From Octopus sinensis (taxonomy: Eukaryota): 64,000 nt of DNA. Made by a program: the position numbers and the translations under genes. The first letter of the stretch is position 1. Every line of letters starts with the position of its first letter. The stretch lies in contig NC_043013.1 of assembly GCF_006345805.1 (NCBI RefSeq), positions 28,396,001-28,460,000 of the forward strand, in the 5' to 3' direction. Positions 1 to 12,530 of this stretch are shown piece after piece. The notes beneath the pieces were generated by a model. That model had not been told where the DNA came from, searched no databases, and saw nothing but the letters and a program-made list of their open reading frames with translations.

Positions 1-466
1 TGCACATGCACACATATAAGTATACACACATGCAAGTATACACACATGCATTTATGCATGCACACTCGCATATGCATGTACACACACATGCATGCACAGA
101 CACACACATGCATGCACATGCACACATACATTCAAGCACACACATACATGCACATGCACACATGCATACACACATACATGCACATACACACGCACACACA
201 TACACATATGTACACACAATATTATGAATAGGGATTGTTTACTTGAAAGTTTCTCATTACAACCTGTTTGAGAAATCAACCTTGATGAAACTTCAATATT
301 TTGATTCTGTACCCAGTATTGAATCCTTCATTCAGAGCATGCTTATTGTACATGACTAAGCAAAATGAAAAAAACGTGTGTGCGTACATATTCACACCAA
401 TGCATGCACATGCATATTCCAGATGGGTTTCTGCAGAGTCAACCACTTCCACCTACAAAGCATTGG

Positions 467-576
467 TTAATCGGAGTCTGTAAGAAGGCGGCACTCATCC
501 AAGATGCTGTGCAGAAGAGGGATCAATTCTGGAATTGTGCATTTGTGAAATGAAGTTCTTAGACACGTCTCCTTAC
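467..576 (-). CDS. Candidate terminal coding exon of an unidentified gene: (G)KETCLRTSFHKCTIPELIPLLHSILDECRLLTDSD*
   Basis: Minus strand reads tgttatacag|GT AAG GAG ... GAT TAA: 35 open codons of non-repetitive, protein-like sequence. CAG|GTAAG is also a perfect donor, so the site is ambiguous. Confidence 0.35.
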
Positions 577-1269
577 CTGTATAACAGTTTCAATTGAAAT
601 TGAGGTGGTGGTGGTCATGGTAGTGGCGATGCTGTTGACTGTGGTAATGGTGGTGGTAGTAGTAGTAATAATGGTTGTAATGATGATGACGTTTATGGTG
701 GTGATGTTAGTTGTAGTGGTCGTGATGATGATGATGTTGTGTTTGATAACGCTTGGTGATGAAGTGTTGGGTTAGGGTCATAAATGTTTTTTCGGTGGTT
801 TTTGTTGGTAGTAATGGTTGTTTTATAAATTTGACCAAAATATTAAAAAAAAAAATGCCATAATAATATAAAGAAATAATTGTGGTGATGGTGATGATGA
901 TGATGATGATCCATTTGAGACCTGTGTCCATCTGCATGAAAAAACTCTAGCAACCATAGAAATTGAATCTAAAAACATTGATGATGTTGATGATGGTAGT
1001 GGTCATTGCTCATGAGAGTAATTTTGTTTTAATTGTTTTTTCCTCATTAGCAAGGAAGTTGATAGTGATGGCTTTGCAATCCTGACAATTTAGGATGATG
1101 GTGGTGAGTGGTTAATTTATTAATGATTGGTTCTCAGGTTCTCACTGCTTCTGGTTTTAAGTGGTGCCAGATCTTTGGTGTTTTAGCTTTAATATAGCAC
1201 CCTAGTTAACAGGAGCAACTCTCTGTAAATGTTAGTGATTTTGCCAGAGCAACAAGCTGGCCTCTGTGC

Positions 1270-1660
1270 TGATGGCACATAAAAAGCACTATTCGAGCGT
1301 GATCGTTACCTGCATTGCCTTACTAGCACTTGTGCTGGTGGCACGTGAAAAAAAAACATTCGAGTGAGGTTGTTGCCAGTACCGCTGGACTGGCTCCTGT
1401 GCAGATAGCACATAAAAACCACCATTTGAGCATGGCCATTGCCAGTACCACCTGATTGGCCCTCGTGCCGGTGGCACATAAAAGCACCCACTACACTCTT
1501 GGAGTGGTTGGCGTTAGGAAGATCATCCAGCTGTAGAAACTCTGCCAGATCAGATTGGAGTCTGGTGCAGCCATCTGGATCACCAGATCTCAGTCAAATC
1601 GTCCAACCCATGCTAGCATGGAAAGCGGATGTTAAACGATGATGATGATGATGATGTAGT
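1270..1660 (+). mobile_element. SINE-like family D (RTE-type 3' tail ending in (GAT)n; internal ~66-bp subrepeats)
   Basis: Shared tail ggttggcgttaggaag..catccagctgtagaaactctgccagatcagattggag...gcatggaaagcggatgttaaacgatgatgat recurs more than 10 times in the window. Confidence 0.8.
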
Positions 1661-1856
1661 AGTAGTAGTAGTAGTAGTACAAGCGAATAGCTGACATTTG
1701 CAATTCCTTTCTTTGCATTCCAAATTCTCTGCAAGAATGATTTCTTTAGAACTTCCAATTATGAGATCAACATCAGTTTGCAAAGATGTTTCCTTTTTTT
1801 AATTTTCCTATCAATTGTCAGGATTATTTCTTGAGGAACATACTGGATTGATTTAA

Positions 1857-2076
1857 CCCCTTAGCATTTAAACTGGCCATATCCAGCCAAAATATTCTGC
1901 TTGTTTTATGTTAAAGCCAATCAAATCTGGCCTTTCACACCAACCCTACAATGTCATTCTAAAAAGAAATAATTATCTCATCCAAGTCTCAAAGCTATAA
2001 CATAATGTATGATTAATACAAAACAATGTGAATAAATAATCATTACATTAAACAGAATAATCTGAATGCTAACCGT
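1857..2076. mobile_element. piggyBac-like MITE
   Basis: Ends CCCCTTAGCATT...AATGCTAACCGT, flanked by TTAA on both sides. The same family occurs inverted at 17515-17722. Confidence 0.65.
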
Positions 2077-2777
2077 TTAATCGGTTATGCTGTTGCTTAA
2101 CCAAATTTTGTGGATTCGAATCTATGTCAACAAAATTCCTCTGACCCTTGCCTGCATGGAAAAGTAGATGTTAAAATCAATGACGGATATAGATTAAAGT
2201 GAACTGGTGAATCTATTTAACATTTAATGTGTAAAACCAGAACATCGACTCCTCTAAATTCTTAAATTATTCCAATCATCAATAACCTTGTAGCATTTTG
2301 TTGCAGAACCATTATAATTATCTGCTTATTAACCCCTATTTGTGTCCCCAGTTGTGAGTGGGGAGTGAGCTGTTGTGGCAAAGAAGTAAAATTCAAAATT
2401 TTCCTTTGAGCTCAAAATACTTTTATGTTAATGTAGGAATTTTCCTTTTGTCTTTTACTTCAATGGTTATTTTTTTTCTTTTTAATTCTTAATAGCAAAA
2501 TTTGCCTCTTGGAATTTACATTTTCTGTTACACTCCACTTATATGAAAGTTGAAGAATTCAAATTTGTTTTATATTTATTTTTTGAATATCTCCTGTTTT
2601 CTCTGTTGACATTACAAAACCTTAGGTTCATAATTGTATTGTAGCCTAAAAGAAATTATTATTCTTTTTATTGTTGTTTTTTTTTCTTTTTCTCATGATC
2701 TGTGTATTTCATCTAATTTGCCTTCCAGCTATATTCAGAAACCATATCTCACTTTGTAGTGTATAGATGTACACTGT

Positions 2778-2812
<35 letters not shown>

Positions 2813-2823
2813 TTATATGTAAG

Positions 2824-2892
<69 letters not shown>

Positions 2893-3649
2893 GTTGTATA
2901 TATTGCGTGTATATATATATGTGTGTATATATTTATCTAATGTATGTGTGTATGTATGTGTATGTACATATATATGTATACATACACAAACACATACTGA
3001 ATTTGTCGCAAAAATATTTTCTTCATACTTTCTTTCCATTATTTTCTTTAGAATGAAGATTTTGGAAATATATGTGTGTGTGTGTGTGTATCTTTGTGTC
3101 TCCCTGTCTTGACAGCGCATGATCATTGGAAATGAATGCCATTCACTTCCGATATTCTATGAAACCACGTCTGGTCAAGGGGAAATGGTACCTTGCTTGG
3201 GAATGGGTGAGGGTTAGGGAAAGGAAGGGTGTATAGTCATAGAAAATCTACCTCATTAGCTCTGTCAGATCCATATGTAAGCATGGAAAGGTGGTCATTA
3301 TAAAAACACCCTTAATTCTTGATATCATTGCCATTCTGTGAAAGTTAAACTTTATATATATATATATACTCTTTTACTCTTTACTTTTTTACTTGTTTCA
3401 GTCATTTGACTGCAGCCATGCGGACGTAAACACACCAGCATCGGTTGTCAAGTGATGTTGGGGGTGGGGGCAAACATAGACACACAAATACACACGCACA
3501 TATATATACATATACATATATACAATGGGCTTCTTTCAGTCTCCGTCTACTGAAACCATGTTGAATCAGACTGGAGTTTAGTGCAGCTCACCCAGTTGCC
3601 ATCTCTGGGTCAAACCATCCAACCCATGCCAACATGGACAACCGACATT

Positions 3650-3995
3650 AAATGATGATGATGATGATGATTGCAATGATGATGATGATGGCGATGATGA
3701 TGGTGATGATGATGACGATGAAGATGATAGCAATGATGATGATGATGATGGTGATGATGATGTTGGTGATGATGATGACAATGATGATGGCAATGATAAT
3801 GGTGATGATGATGAAGGCAATGATGATGATGATGATGATGATAACGATGATGAAGGCGATGATGATGATGGCGATGGTGATGATGATGGTGATGGTGATG
3901 ATAATGATGGCAATGATGATGATGATGATGATGGCGATGATGATGATGGTAATGATGATGGTGATGATGATAACAAGGATGATGATGATGAATCA
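3650..3995. repeat. Expanded degenerate (GAT)n trinucleotide tract continuing a family D tail
   Basis: gatgatgat with ggc/ggt/gca variants directly after ...gacattaaat. Source of the poly-M/H/S ORFs. Confidence 0.9.
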
Positions 3996-4917
3996 TCAAT
4001 GATATGATTGAAAATCAGTCATTTTCATTCTATTAAATCAACAAATAGATTTTTCTGAAGGGCAAAAAACTATTTTCTTCATGTATTTTAGCCAAATATT
4101 TGTATGATTGTGAGTGCAACATACTAACTACAGGACAACATGCCTTTGCAGTGTATGACTAGGCTGGCCCATTAAATTACTGGTACAAGCCATCAAACGA
4201 TCTCCTATGATGTTTATTTCTTCTCAGTTTCACTGGCAAGGCTTGGTTGACCTGAGGCTATTGTGATTGGTACTTGCCCAAAATGCCCTGTAGTCAGATT
4301 GAACCTGGAGCCATATGATTGCGAACTGAACATCTTAACCACTTAGCTATACTGCACCTACAACTACACAATTTAACTGCACAATGCTTGCAATCTGATT
4401 TGCCTCACTTTATACATATGCACACATATATTTGTGCACACACACACACAGACTCACATCTTACACAGCCTTACACATACAGGAACACACATACATAGAC
4501 ATAGACACAAACATATATTGTGACACATGTCCACATGAGTTTCACACAATGTCACGCATACAGGGGCACATGCTTAGGCACAAACATAACTACATGCACT
4601 TTTACATGCATGTGTTACACACATACATACACATTACACATACTCATACACACACACCACACACACATGCATACTCAGATGCACACAGTCTCACACAGCT
4701 TCATGCACACAGGAACACAAACCATCATAGACATACACATGAGCAGAGCTACAGAGGCACATACATAAATGCATTACACACATACAGAGACACATACATA
4801 TTCACTAACTCAGACACACACACATACACACACATCTGACACAGCCTCACACATATAGGAACACGCACACATACGTCGCCAAATTATACATATTTATAGC
4901 CACACACACATACAGAT

Positions 4918-4975
<58 letters not shown>

Positions 4976-5334
4976 ATATCTTTGTATGCAATCATTACCA
5001 TTTCTCTATCCATTATCACCGAAAGTTTGGTTGCTTTCCCTATCTTAATTAATATTAAATAATACATATAGATTCTTTTTCATTTCATCCCAGCAGACCC
5101 TGGGAAAAGAGGCATTCATGTGCTAACTATTGCAGCATTGACACTGCTGTTGCAGCCCTCTGCTTGACGAGCGCTCATTAAGATAAGCGGTGTAAAGCCT
5201 TGATGTACGACTGATAACCATCTGAAATTGGCAGAGACCACTGACCATATCACAGATCATAGTTTCTGATTGTTGTAATGCTTGTAATGCCTGCAGTTAT
5301 CATCTGCTAACTAGAAAGAGTGTATATATATTTG

Positions 5335-5531
5335 TGTGTGTATGTGTGAGGGTATCAGTATATACACAAATATATATGTATATATATGTTTGTGTGTGCA
5401 TGCATGTTTATGATAATATATATATATATATATATACATATGTTTGTACACACACACACATATTTACATATGCATATGTACACATACACACACACACACA
5501 TATATATATATAAATAAATATATATATGCAT

Positions 5532-5566
<35 letters not shown>

Positions 5567-5874
5567 GCATTGTGTGTGTGTGTATATATATATGTAGTTA
5601 TACATATGTATGTATGTATGCATACGTATACACACATATACATGTATATCTATATATTTTACACACATGTGTATGTGTGTGTATGTGTGAGGGTGTCAGT
5701 ATATACACAAATATATATGTATATATATGTTTGTGTGTGCATGCATGTTTATGATAATATATATATATATATATATATACATATGTTTGTGTACACACAC
5801 ACATATTTACATATGCATATGTACACATACACACACACACACACATATATATATAAATAAATATATATATGCAT

Positions 5875-5905
<31 letters not shown>

Positions 5906-6010
5906 GCATTGTGTGTGTGTGTATATATATATATGTAGTTATACATATGTATGTATGTATGCATACGTATACACACATATACATGTATATCTATATATTT
6001 TACACACATG
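5335..6010. repeat. Tandem duplication of a ~341-bp compound microsatellite cassette (2 copies)
   Basis: Anchor gagggt(a/g)tcagtatatacacaaat at 5348 and 5689. The downstream order of motifs is the same in both copies. Confidence 0.85.
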
Positions 6011-6748
6011 CATACACACCCACTCTCTCTCTATATATATGTATATGTATGTATGTATATACACACACGCACATGCATATATTATTACATTATCTATCTG
6101 TCTATCTATCCATGTGTATATATATATATATATAAATGCATTTGTGTATATGTTTTATGCATGTGTATGCATGTAAAAGGACATGTGTGTGTGTGTATGG
6201 TGAGTTTATAATGTGTGTAGTGAGAACAATTGATGACAAATGTATTTGATGAATATGCTGGCGTTTCACACATGAAATATATTGAGGAGAGAAACTTTGA
6301 TCAAACAAGGTTATTCAAGCAATTAGCAGACAATATACATATATATATGTATTGATCTCTGTTGGCCTTGCCAACAGAGTAGAATATGCTTCACTTAGGG
6401 GGTCTAATTAGATGAAAATACATCCATTGCTTTTACAGTTTGGCTTTAAAAACTAGATATCCACTACAGCCCACATTATCTATGTTGTCTGTATTAAACT
6501 CATTGAAATTATCTCCCTTACTAGATTTTTTCTTTCTTAAGATTTTGAATACCACTAGGTGGAGTTTTTCTCTGCTACTAATTGTGTGGATCAAAGATTT
6601 TCAACTCTCTCTCTCTCTCTCTCCCTCTCTCTCTCTCTCCCTCTCTCTCTCTCTCTCCCCCTCTCTCTCTCTCTCTCCATCTCTCTCTCTCCGTCTCTCT
6701 CTCTCTCTCCGTCTCTCTCTCTCTCTCTCCGTCTCTCTCTCTCTCCCC

Positions 6749-6781
<33 letters not shown>

Positions 6782-7235
6782 CACGCACACACAGATATAT
6801 GTATGCATACATTTCTCAAAGCTCATTTCTCCAGCGTTCACCACTTCACCTCGTTATGGCTTAACAGCCCTCACCGTTTGCTTTTACTGTTTTGTTCTTA
6901 TTGCCCTGTTTTTGTCACCACTCCAGCCCTCCGCAAATCCCAAATCTTTTTAATTTGCTTTGCAGGAACGACTGTTTTAACGAAGTTGCGTCTTGTCCCT
7001 ACGTTCGAAACAGAGCAGATAAAACAGGAGACAACTGATGAAGGGAATGTTCTTTATGTTGCCTATCTTGTTACTCTATTTGTTTCTTTCATTGTTCGAA
7101 AAAAGTTTATTTTCCTTGTTTTTGTTTTTCCTGTTCTCATTTCTCATATATTATATATATATATTATATATATATATATATATATTATATATTATATATA
7201 TATACATACATACACACACACATACACACACACAC

Positions 7236-7280
<45 letters not shown>

Positions 7281-7397
7281 GCATATATAGCCAGCTGGAA
7301 GAGATGTCTTCCTGGAGCTACAAGCTACAGTAGCATCAACCCTTAAGGGTTAACCACATTTAGGTGGCAAATATACTATGTATATAGATATATATTC

Positions 7398-7788
7398 TTT
7401 TATTCTTTTACTCTTTTATTTGTTTCAGTAATTTGACTGTGGCCATGCTGGAGCACTGCTTTTAGTCAAACAAAGTGACCGCAGGATTTATTCTTTGTAA
7501 GCCTAGTATTTATTCTATTTGTCTCTTTTGCCGAACTGCTTAGGTGCGGGGACGTAATCACACCAGCATTGGTTGTCAAGCGATGGTGGGGGATAAACAC
7601 AGACACACAAAAATACACACACACACATACAACGGGATTCTTTCAGTTTCTGTGTACCAAATCCACTCACATGGCTATAGCCCGAGGCTATAGTAGAAGA
7701 CACTTGCCCAATGTTTCATGCAGTGGGACTAAACCTGGAACCATGTAGTTGGTAAGCAAGCTACTTACCACACAACCACTCCTGCTCC
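7398..7788 (-). mobile_element. tRNA-headed SINE family A with internal CA/TA microsatellite
   Basis: Minus strand starts gcaggagtggttgtgtgg (A-box-like), then ggtttagtccc (B-box-like) and a ttgggcaagtgtcttc central motif. Many copies in the window. Confidence 0.85.
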
Positions 7789-8961
7789 TATATATATATA
7801 TATTAAATATGTAAAACCTAACCCTCCTCTTCCCACTTACTGCCTTTGACATCAGTTCTTCTAAACAGACCTCGTTAATTCATATGCATGTATATATATA
7901 TATATATTGACCTTTTCCTATGTTGTGTGTATGTGTATATGTACACATGCATGTGCACACACTCATACATATAGCATGTGGAATACTTCCTGAGATATTT
8001 TCCTTCAGCCATATTGTTGATGTCCCTAATTAACATCGCTACAGTCAGCCTGCCCCTCTCTCTCTCTCTGTCTCTCTCATACTGTGTGTGTGTTTGTGTG
8101 TGTGTAGTTATACACACACATACGCATATATACATGTTGTGTATAACTATATATATATATATATATATAGGAATAAAAATTTATATATAAAGAATGTGAA
8201 ATACACGAAGGGACGAACATGGATAACAGACAAGTCATTCAAAGCCTTCAATCTTCAGTCAGAAACCGAATCATCATGGCAAATTTCGGCTGATTAATTC
8301 TGATATTTGCTCCAACTCGGCCAGCCCCAAGGAAAAAACTAAGCTGTGAGCATTAGATTTCTTGGTAGAAGGAAATAATGTAAATGCAACAGAGACGAAT
8401 ATAAATACAAGAAACGAAAACAAAATTGAAAACAGTAATGGTTAAAAACAGGATAACAACGGGTATATGTATACATACATATATATTGATTCATTCTCAG
8501 TCAAAAGACACCTGTTGTTATATTCCTGTTGTTTGTATTTGTAATTGTGTACCATGTTCTCCGTTTTTTTGTCTTTGTTGCCATACACATTCGCTAGCTT
8601 TCTTACAAAAAATTCTAATGCTCTTGGCTTAGACATTTTTGGGAGCATCAAGATTGAACTGTCTCAAGTGTAACTGCCTGAAACAGTAAGGACATCTGAT
8701 AACGACTGAAGAAAGAAGGTCACAAGTGACCTGTCCTTTTAATTGTTGTTTCTCCTGTCTGCCTTTGTGTCATCTATCTGCCTAAATGCTTTATTATCCT
8801 CTGATATGCTTTTGTTCCATTTTATATATATATATATACAAACAGTGTAAGCTATTATTCCAAGCTAAGGAATTCCAACCACGATTCGTGGTTCACTACC
8901 TCAACAGCTCCTTTATAGGATCCAGTGGCTAAGGACTGTAGCTGTTTCACTTGAAAGAGAA

Positions 8962-11275
8962 TCATCATCATCATTTAATATCTGATTTCCATGCTAGTAT
9001 GGATTGGATGGTTTGACTGAGGTCTGGAAGTCAGCAGCTGTACCAGGCTCCAATCTGATCTTGCATGGTTTCTACAGCTGAATGCCCTTCCGAACGCCAA
9101 CCACTCCAAGAGTGAAGTGGGTGCTTTTTATGTGCCCCACCAGCATGGGAGCCAGTCAGCTGTCCCTGGCATCAACCACGTTCAGATGGTGCTTTTTACG
9201 TTCCACCATCACAGGAGCCAGTCAGGCAGCCCTGGCATCAACCATGTTCAGATGGTGCTTTTTACGTTCCACCATCACAGGAGCCAGTCAGGCAGCCCTG
9301 GCATCAACCATGTTCAGATGGTGCTTTTTATGTGCCACCATCACAGGAGCCAGTCAGGCTGCCCTGGCATCAACCACGTTCAGATGGTGCTTTTTACGTT
9401 CCACCATCACAGGAGCCAGTCAGGCTGCCCTGGCATCAACCACATTCAGATGGTGCTTTTTATGTGCCACCAGCATGGGAGCCAGTCAGGCAGCCCTGGC
9501 ATCAACCATGTTCAGATGGTGCTTTTTACGTGCCACTATCACAGGAGCCAGTCAGGCAGCTCTGGCATCAACCACATTCAGATGGTGCATTTTATGTTCC
9601 ACCAGCATAGGAGCCAGTCAGGCATCCCTGGCATCAACCACATTTAGATGGTGCTATTTATGTGCCACCAGCATGGGAGCCAGTCAGGCGTCCCTGGCAT
9701 CAAACACATTCAGATGGTGCTTTTTATGTTCCACCAGCATGGGAGCCAGTCAGGCAGCCCTGGCATCAACCACATTCAGATGGTGCTTTTTATGTGCCAC
9801 CAGCATGGGAGCCTGTCAGGCAGCCCTGGCATCAACCACATTCAGATGGTGCTTTTTATGTGCCACCAGCATGGGAGCCTGTCAGGCGTCCCTGGCATCA
9901 ACCACATTCAGATGGTCTAATTATGTTCCCCAGCATGGGAGCCAGTCAGGCAGCCCTGTCATCACCACATTCAGATGGTGCTTTTTATGTGCCACCAGAT
10001 AGGAGCCAGTCAGGCGTCCTGGCATCAACCACATTCAGATGGTGCTATTTATGTGCCACCAGCATGGGAGCCAGTCAGCTGTCCCTGGCATCAACCACGT
10101 TCAGATGGTGCTTTTTACGTTCCACCATCACAGGAGCCAGTCAGGCAGCCCTGGCATCAACCATGTTCAGATGGTGCTTTTTACGTGCCACCATCACAGG
10201 AGCCAGTCAGGCTGCCCTGGCATCAACCACGTTCAGATGGTGCTTTTTACGTTCCACCACACAGGAGCCAGTCAGGCTGCCTGGCATCAACCACATTCAG
10301 ATGGTGCTTTTTATGTGCCACCAGCATGGGAGCCAGTCAGGCAGCCCTGGCATCAACCATGTTCAGATGGTGTTTTACGGCCACTATCACAGGAGCCAGT
10401 CAGGCAGCTCTGGCATCAACCACATTCAGATGGTGCATTTTATGTTCCACCAGCATAGGAGCCAGTCAGGCATCCCTGGTATCAACCACATTTAGATGGT
10501 GCTATTTATGTGCCACCAGCATGGGAGCCAGTCAGGCGTCCCTGGCATCAAACACATTCAGATGGTGCTTTTTATGTTCCACCAGCATGGGAGCCAGTCA
10601 GGCAGCCCTGGCATCAACCACATTCAGATGGTGCTTTTTACGTGCCACTATCACAGGAGCCAGTCAGGCGTCCCTGGCATCAAACACATTCAGATGGTGC
10701 TTTTTATGTGCCACCAGCATGGGAGCCTGTCAGGCAGCCCTGGCATCAACCACATTCAGATGGTGCTTTTTATGTGCCACCAGCATGGGAGCCTGTCAGG
10801 CGTCCCTGGCATCAACCACATTCAGATGGTGCTAATTATGTTCCACCAGCATGGGAGCCAGTCAGGCAGCCCTGTCATCAACCACATTCAGATGGTGCTT
10901 TTTATGTGTCACCAGCATAGGAGCCAGTCAGGCGTCCCTGGCATCAACCACATTCAGATGGTGCTATTTATGTGCCACCAGCATGGGAGCCAGTCAGGCG
11001 TCTCTGGTATCAACCACATTCAGATGGTGCTAATTATGTTCCACCAGCATGGGAGCCTGTTAGGCAGCCCTGGCATCAACCACATTCAGATGGTGCTATT
11101 TATGTGCCACCAGCATGGGAGCCAGTCAGGCAGCCCTGGCATCAACCACATTCAGATGGTGCTATTTATGTGCCACCAGCATGGGAGCCAGTCAGGCAGC
11201 CCTGGCATCAACCATGTTTGGTATGTGCTTTTTATGTGCCACCAGCATAGGTGCCAGTCAGGGGGCACTGGCTTC
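8962..11275 (-). mobile_element. Family D element whose internal 66-bp unit has expanded into a ~32-copy array
   Basis: Family D tail in reverse at 8962-9130, followed directly by the array. Confidence 0.85.
9130..11270. repeat. 66-bp tandem minisatellite (gggagccagtcaggcagccctggcatcaaccacattcagatggtgctttttatgtgccaccagcat), ~32 units
   Basis: Period of 66 seen directly (unit starts 9147, 9213, 9741, 9807). Explains the 22-aa repeat ORFs in three frames. Confidence 0.95.
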
Positions 11276-11384
11276 AATCAGGAGACCTGTCAATGGCACT
11301 TCATCCAGGCATAAACCTGAACTGCATCTCATCCAGTCTTGTTCTTACCTTATCATGTTTATTTTTAGATGCTTTTCTTTTTCT

Positions 11385-11580
11385 TTTACTCTGTACTTTT
11401 ACTTGTTTCAGTCATTTGACTGTGGCCATGCTGGAGCACCGCCTTTTAGTCGAGCAAATTGACCCCAGAACTTATTCTTTGTAAACCTAGTATTTATTCT
11501 ATCAGTCTCTTTTGCTGAACTGCTAAGTTACGCGGATGTAAACACACCAGTATCAGTTGTCAAGCAATGTTGGGGGACAA

Positions 11581-11625
<45 letters not shown>

Positions 11626-11790
11626 TACGACAGGCTTCTTTCAGTTTCCGTCTACCAAATCCACTCACAAGGCTTTGGTCGGCCTGAGGCTATAGTAGAA
11701 GACATTTGCCCAAGGTATCACGCAGTGGGACTGAACTCGGAACCATGTGGTTGGTAAGCAAGCCACTTACCACACAGCCACTCCTACACC
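11385..11790 (-). mobile_element. SINE family A, near full length
   Basis: Colinear with the copies at 7398, 14652, 25087 and 38863. Confidence 0.85.
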
Positions 11791-12494
11791 TATGATTATA
11801 TGTATCAATTTCACAATTGTTGCCTTAATAAAAGCTAATGGGTTTGTACTCTAAGTGAAAAGTACACAAATAGCGCTTGCTTCAGTCTGCTTGGCCATCA
11901 ACAGGTGTCACATTCTTACTACATTTTGAATTGTTAGACCTTTGGAAGAACATTGAACACTGAAAAACCAATCATGAAAATATTCAATGCTGAGCAAAGC
12001 AAAGCCAATCTATCCTTTCCTAAAGTAGAACCATAGGAAAAAATTTAGTTTTAAACTAAAACACAAAACAACAAAATTACTAGAAACTGAATCGGGCTAG
12101 TATTGAACCCAGTTGTCTTCAACCTTGTTGAGTTCACAGCCTGTTCCATGTATTAAGTTTGATTGAAATTTATTTTTTAAATAATAAGAAAAGAGAGGAA
12201 AAAAATTAAGTTCTCTTTTGAAATAATCAACCTCTGTAACTTATTTTTACTCTGCTTTCCATAAAATTATCAAAATATGTATATAAGAAAAAGCAAACAA
12301 ATGAACCAAAAAAAGCAAAACAAGAATAAAACAAAGCAAGGTTCTTGAAATAATTTTGAAATAAGCTTAAATTTAATGGATCACGATTTTCAAATTAGCT
12401 ACAGTTTATGTTGTGCTTCTATTAATCTATAATTCTCTTCTGATATAGATTTTTATTAAATTGATTTATTTTCTTCCCCCTCTCTGTCTGTCTA

Positions 12495-12530
<36 letters not shown>

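Noticed and set aside
1-231. H/T/M/Y/I/C/V-rich ORFs here and throughout the ORF track
   Set aside because: Translations of (CA)n, (TA)n, (TG)n and (CATA)n microsatellites; no coding signal.
1051-1103. Plus-strand exon with strong acceptor and GTG|gtgagt donor
   Set aside because: Stops in all three frames. It could only be a non-coding exon and there is no other support.
6990-7060. GAAAC followed by CTGATGA as a permuted hammerhead
   Set aside because: The intervening purine-rich sequence cannot form stems I and III, and the stem II strands are in the wrong order.
6440-7333. 297-aa ORF
   Set aside because: Runs through (CT)n, (TA)n and (CA)n tracts; chance absence of stops.
8200-8730. Possible Penelope pLTR/hammerhead remnants (CTGAAGA motifs, ggtcac/gtgacc hairpin)
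   Set aside because: No GAAA...UH placed correctly relative to CTGAAGA on either strand.
9130-11270. CRISPR-like array
   Set aside because: Contiguous tandem units with no unique spacers; eukaryotic context; no cas genes.
9082-11462. Long 22-aa-repeat ORFs (up to 306 aa) as a repetitive protein gene
   Set aside because: Open in three frames only because the 66-bp unit lacks stops. The unit is an internal part of a SINE-like repeat and frames shift at 1-bp indels.
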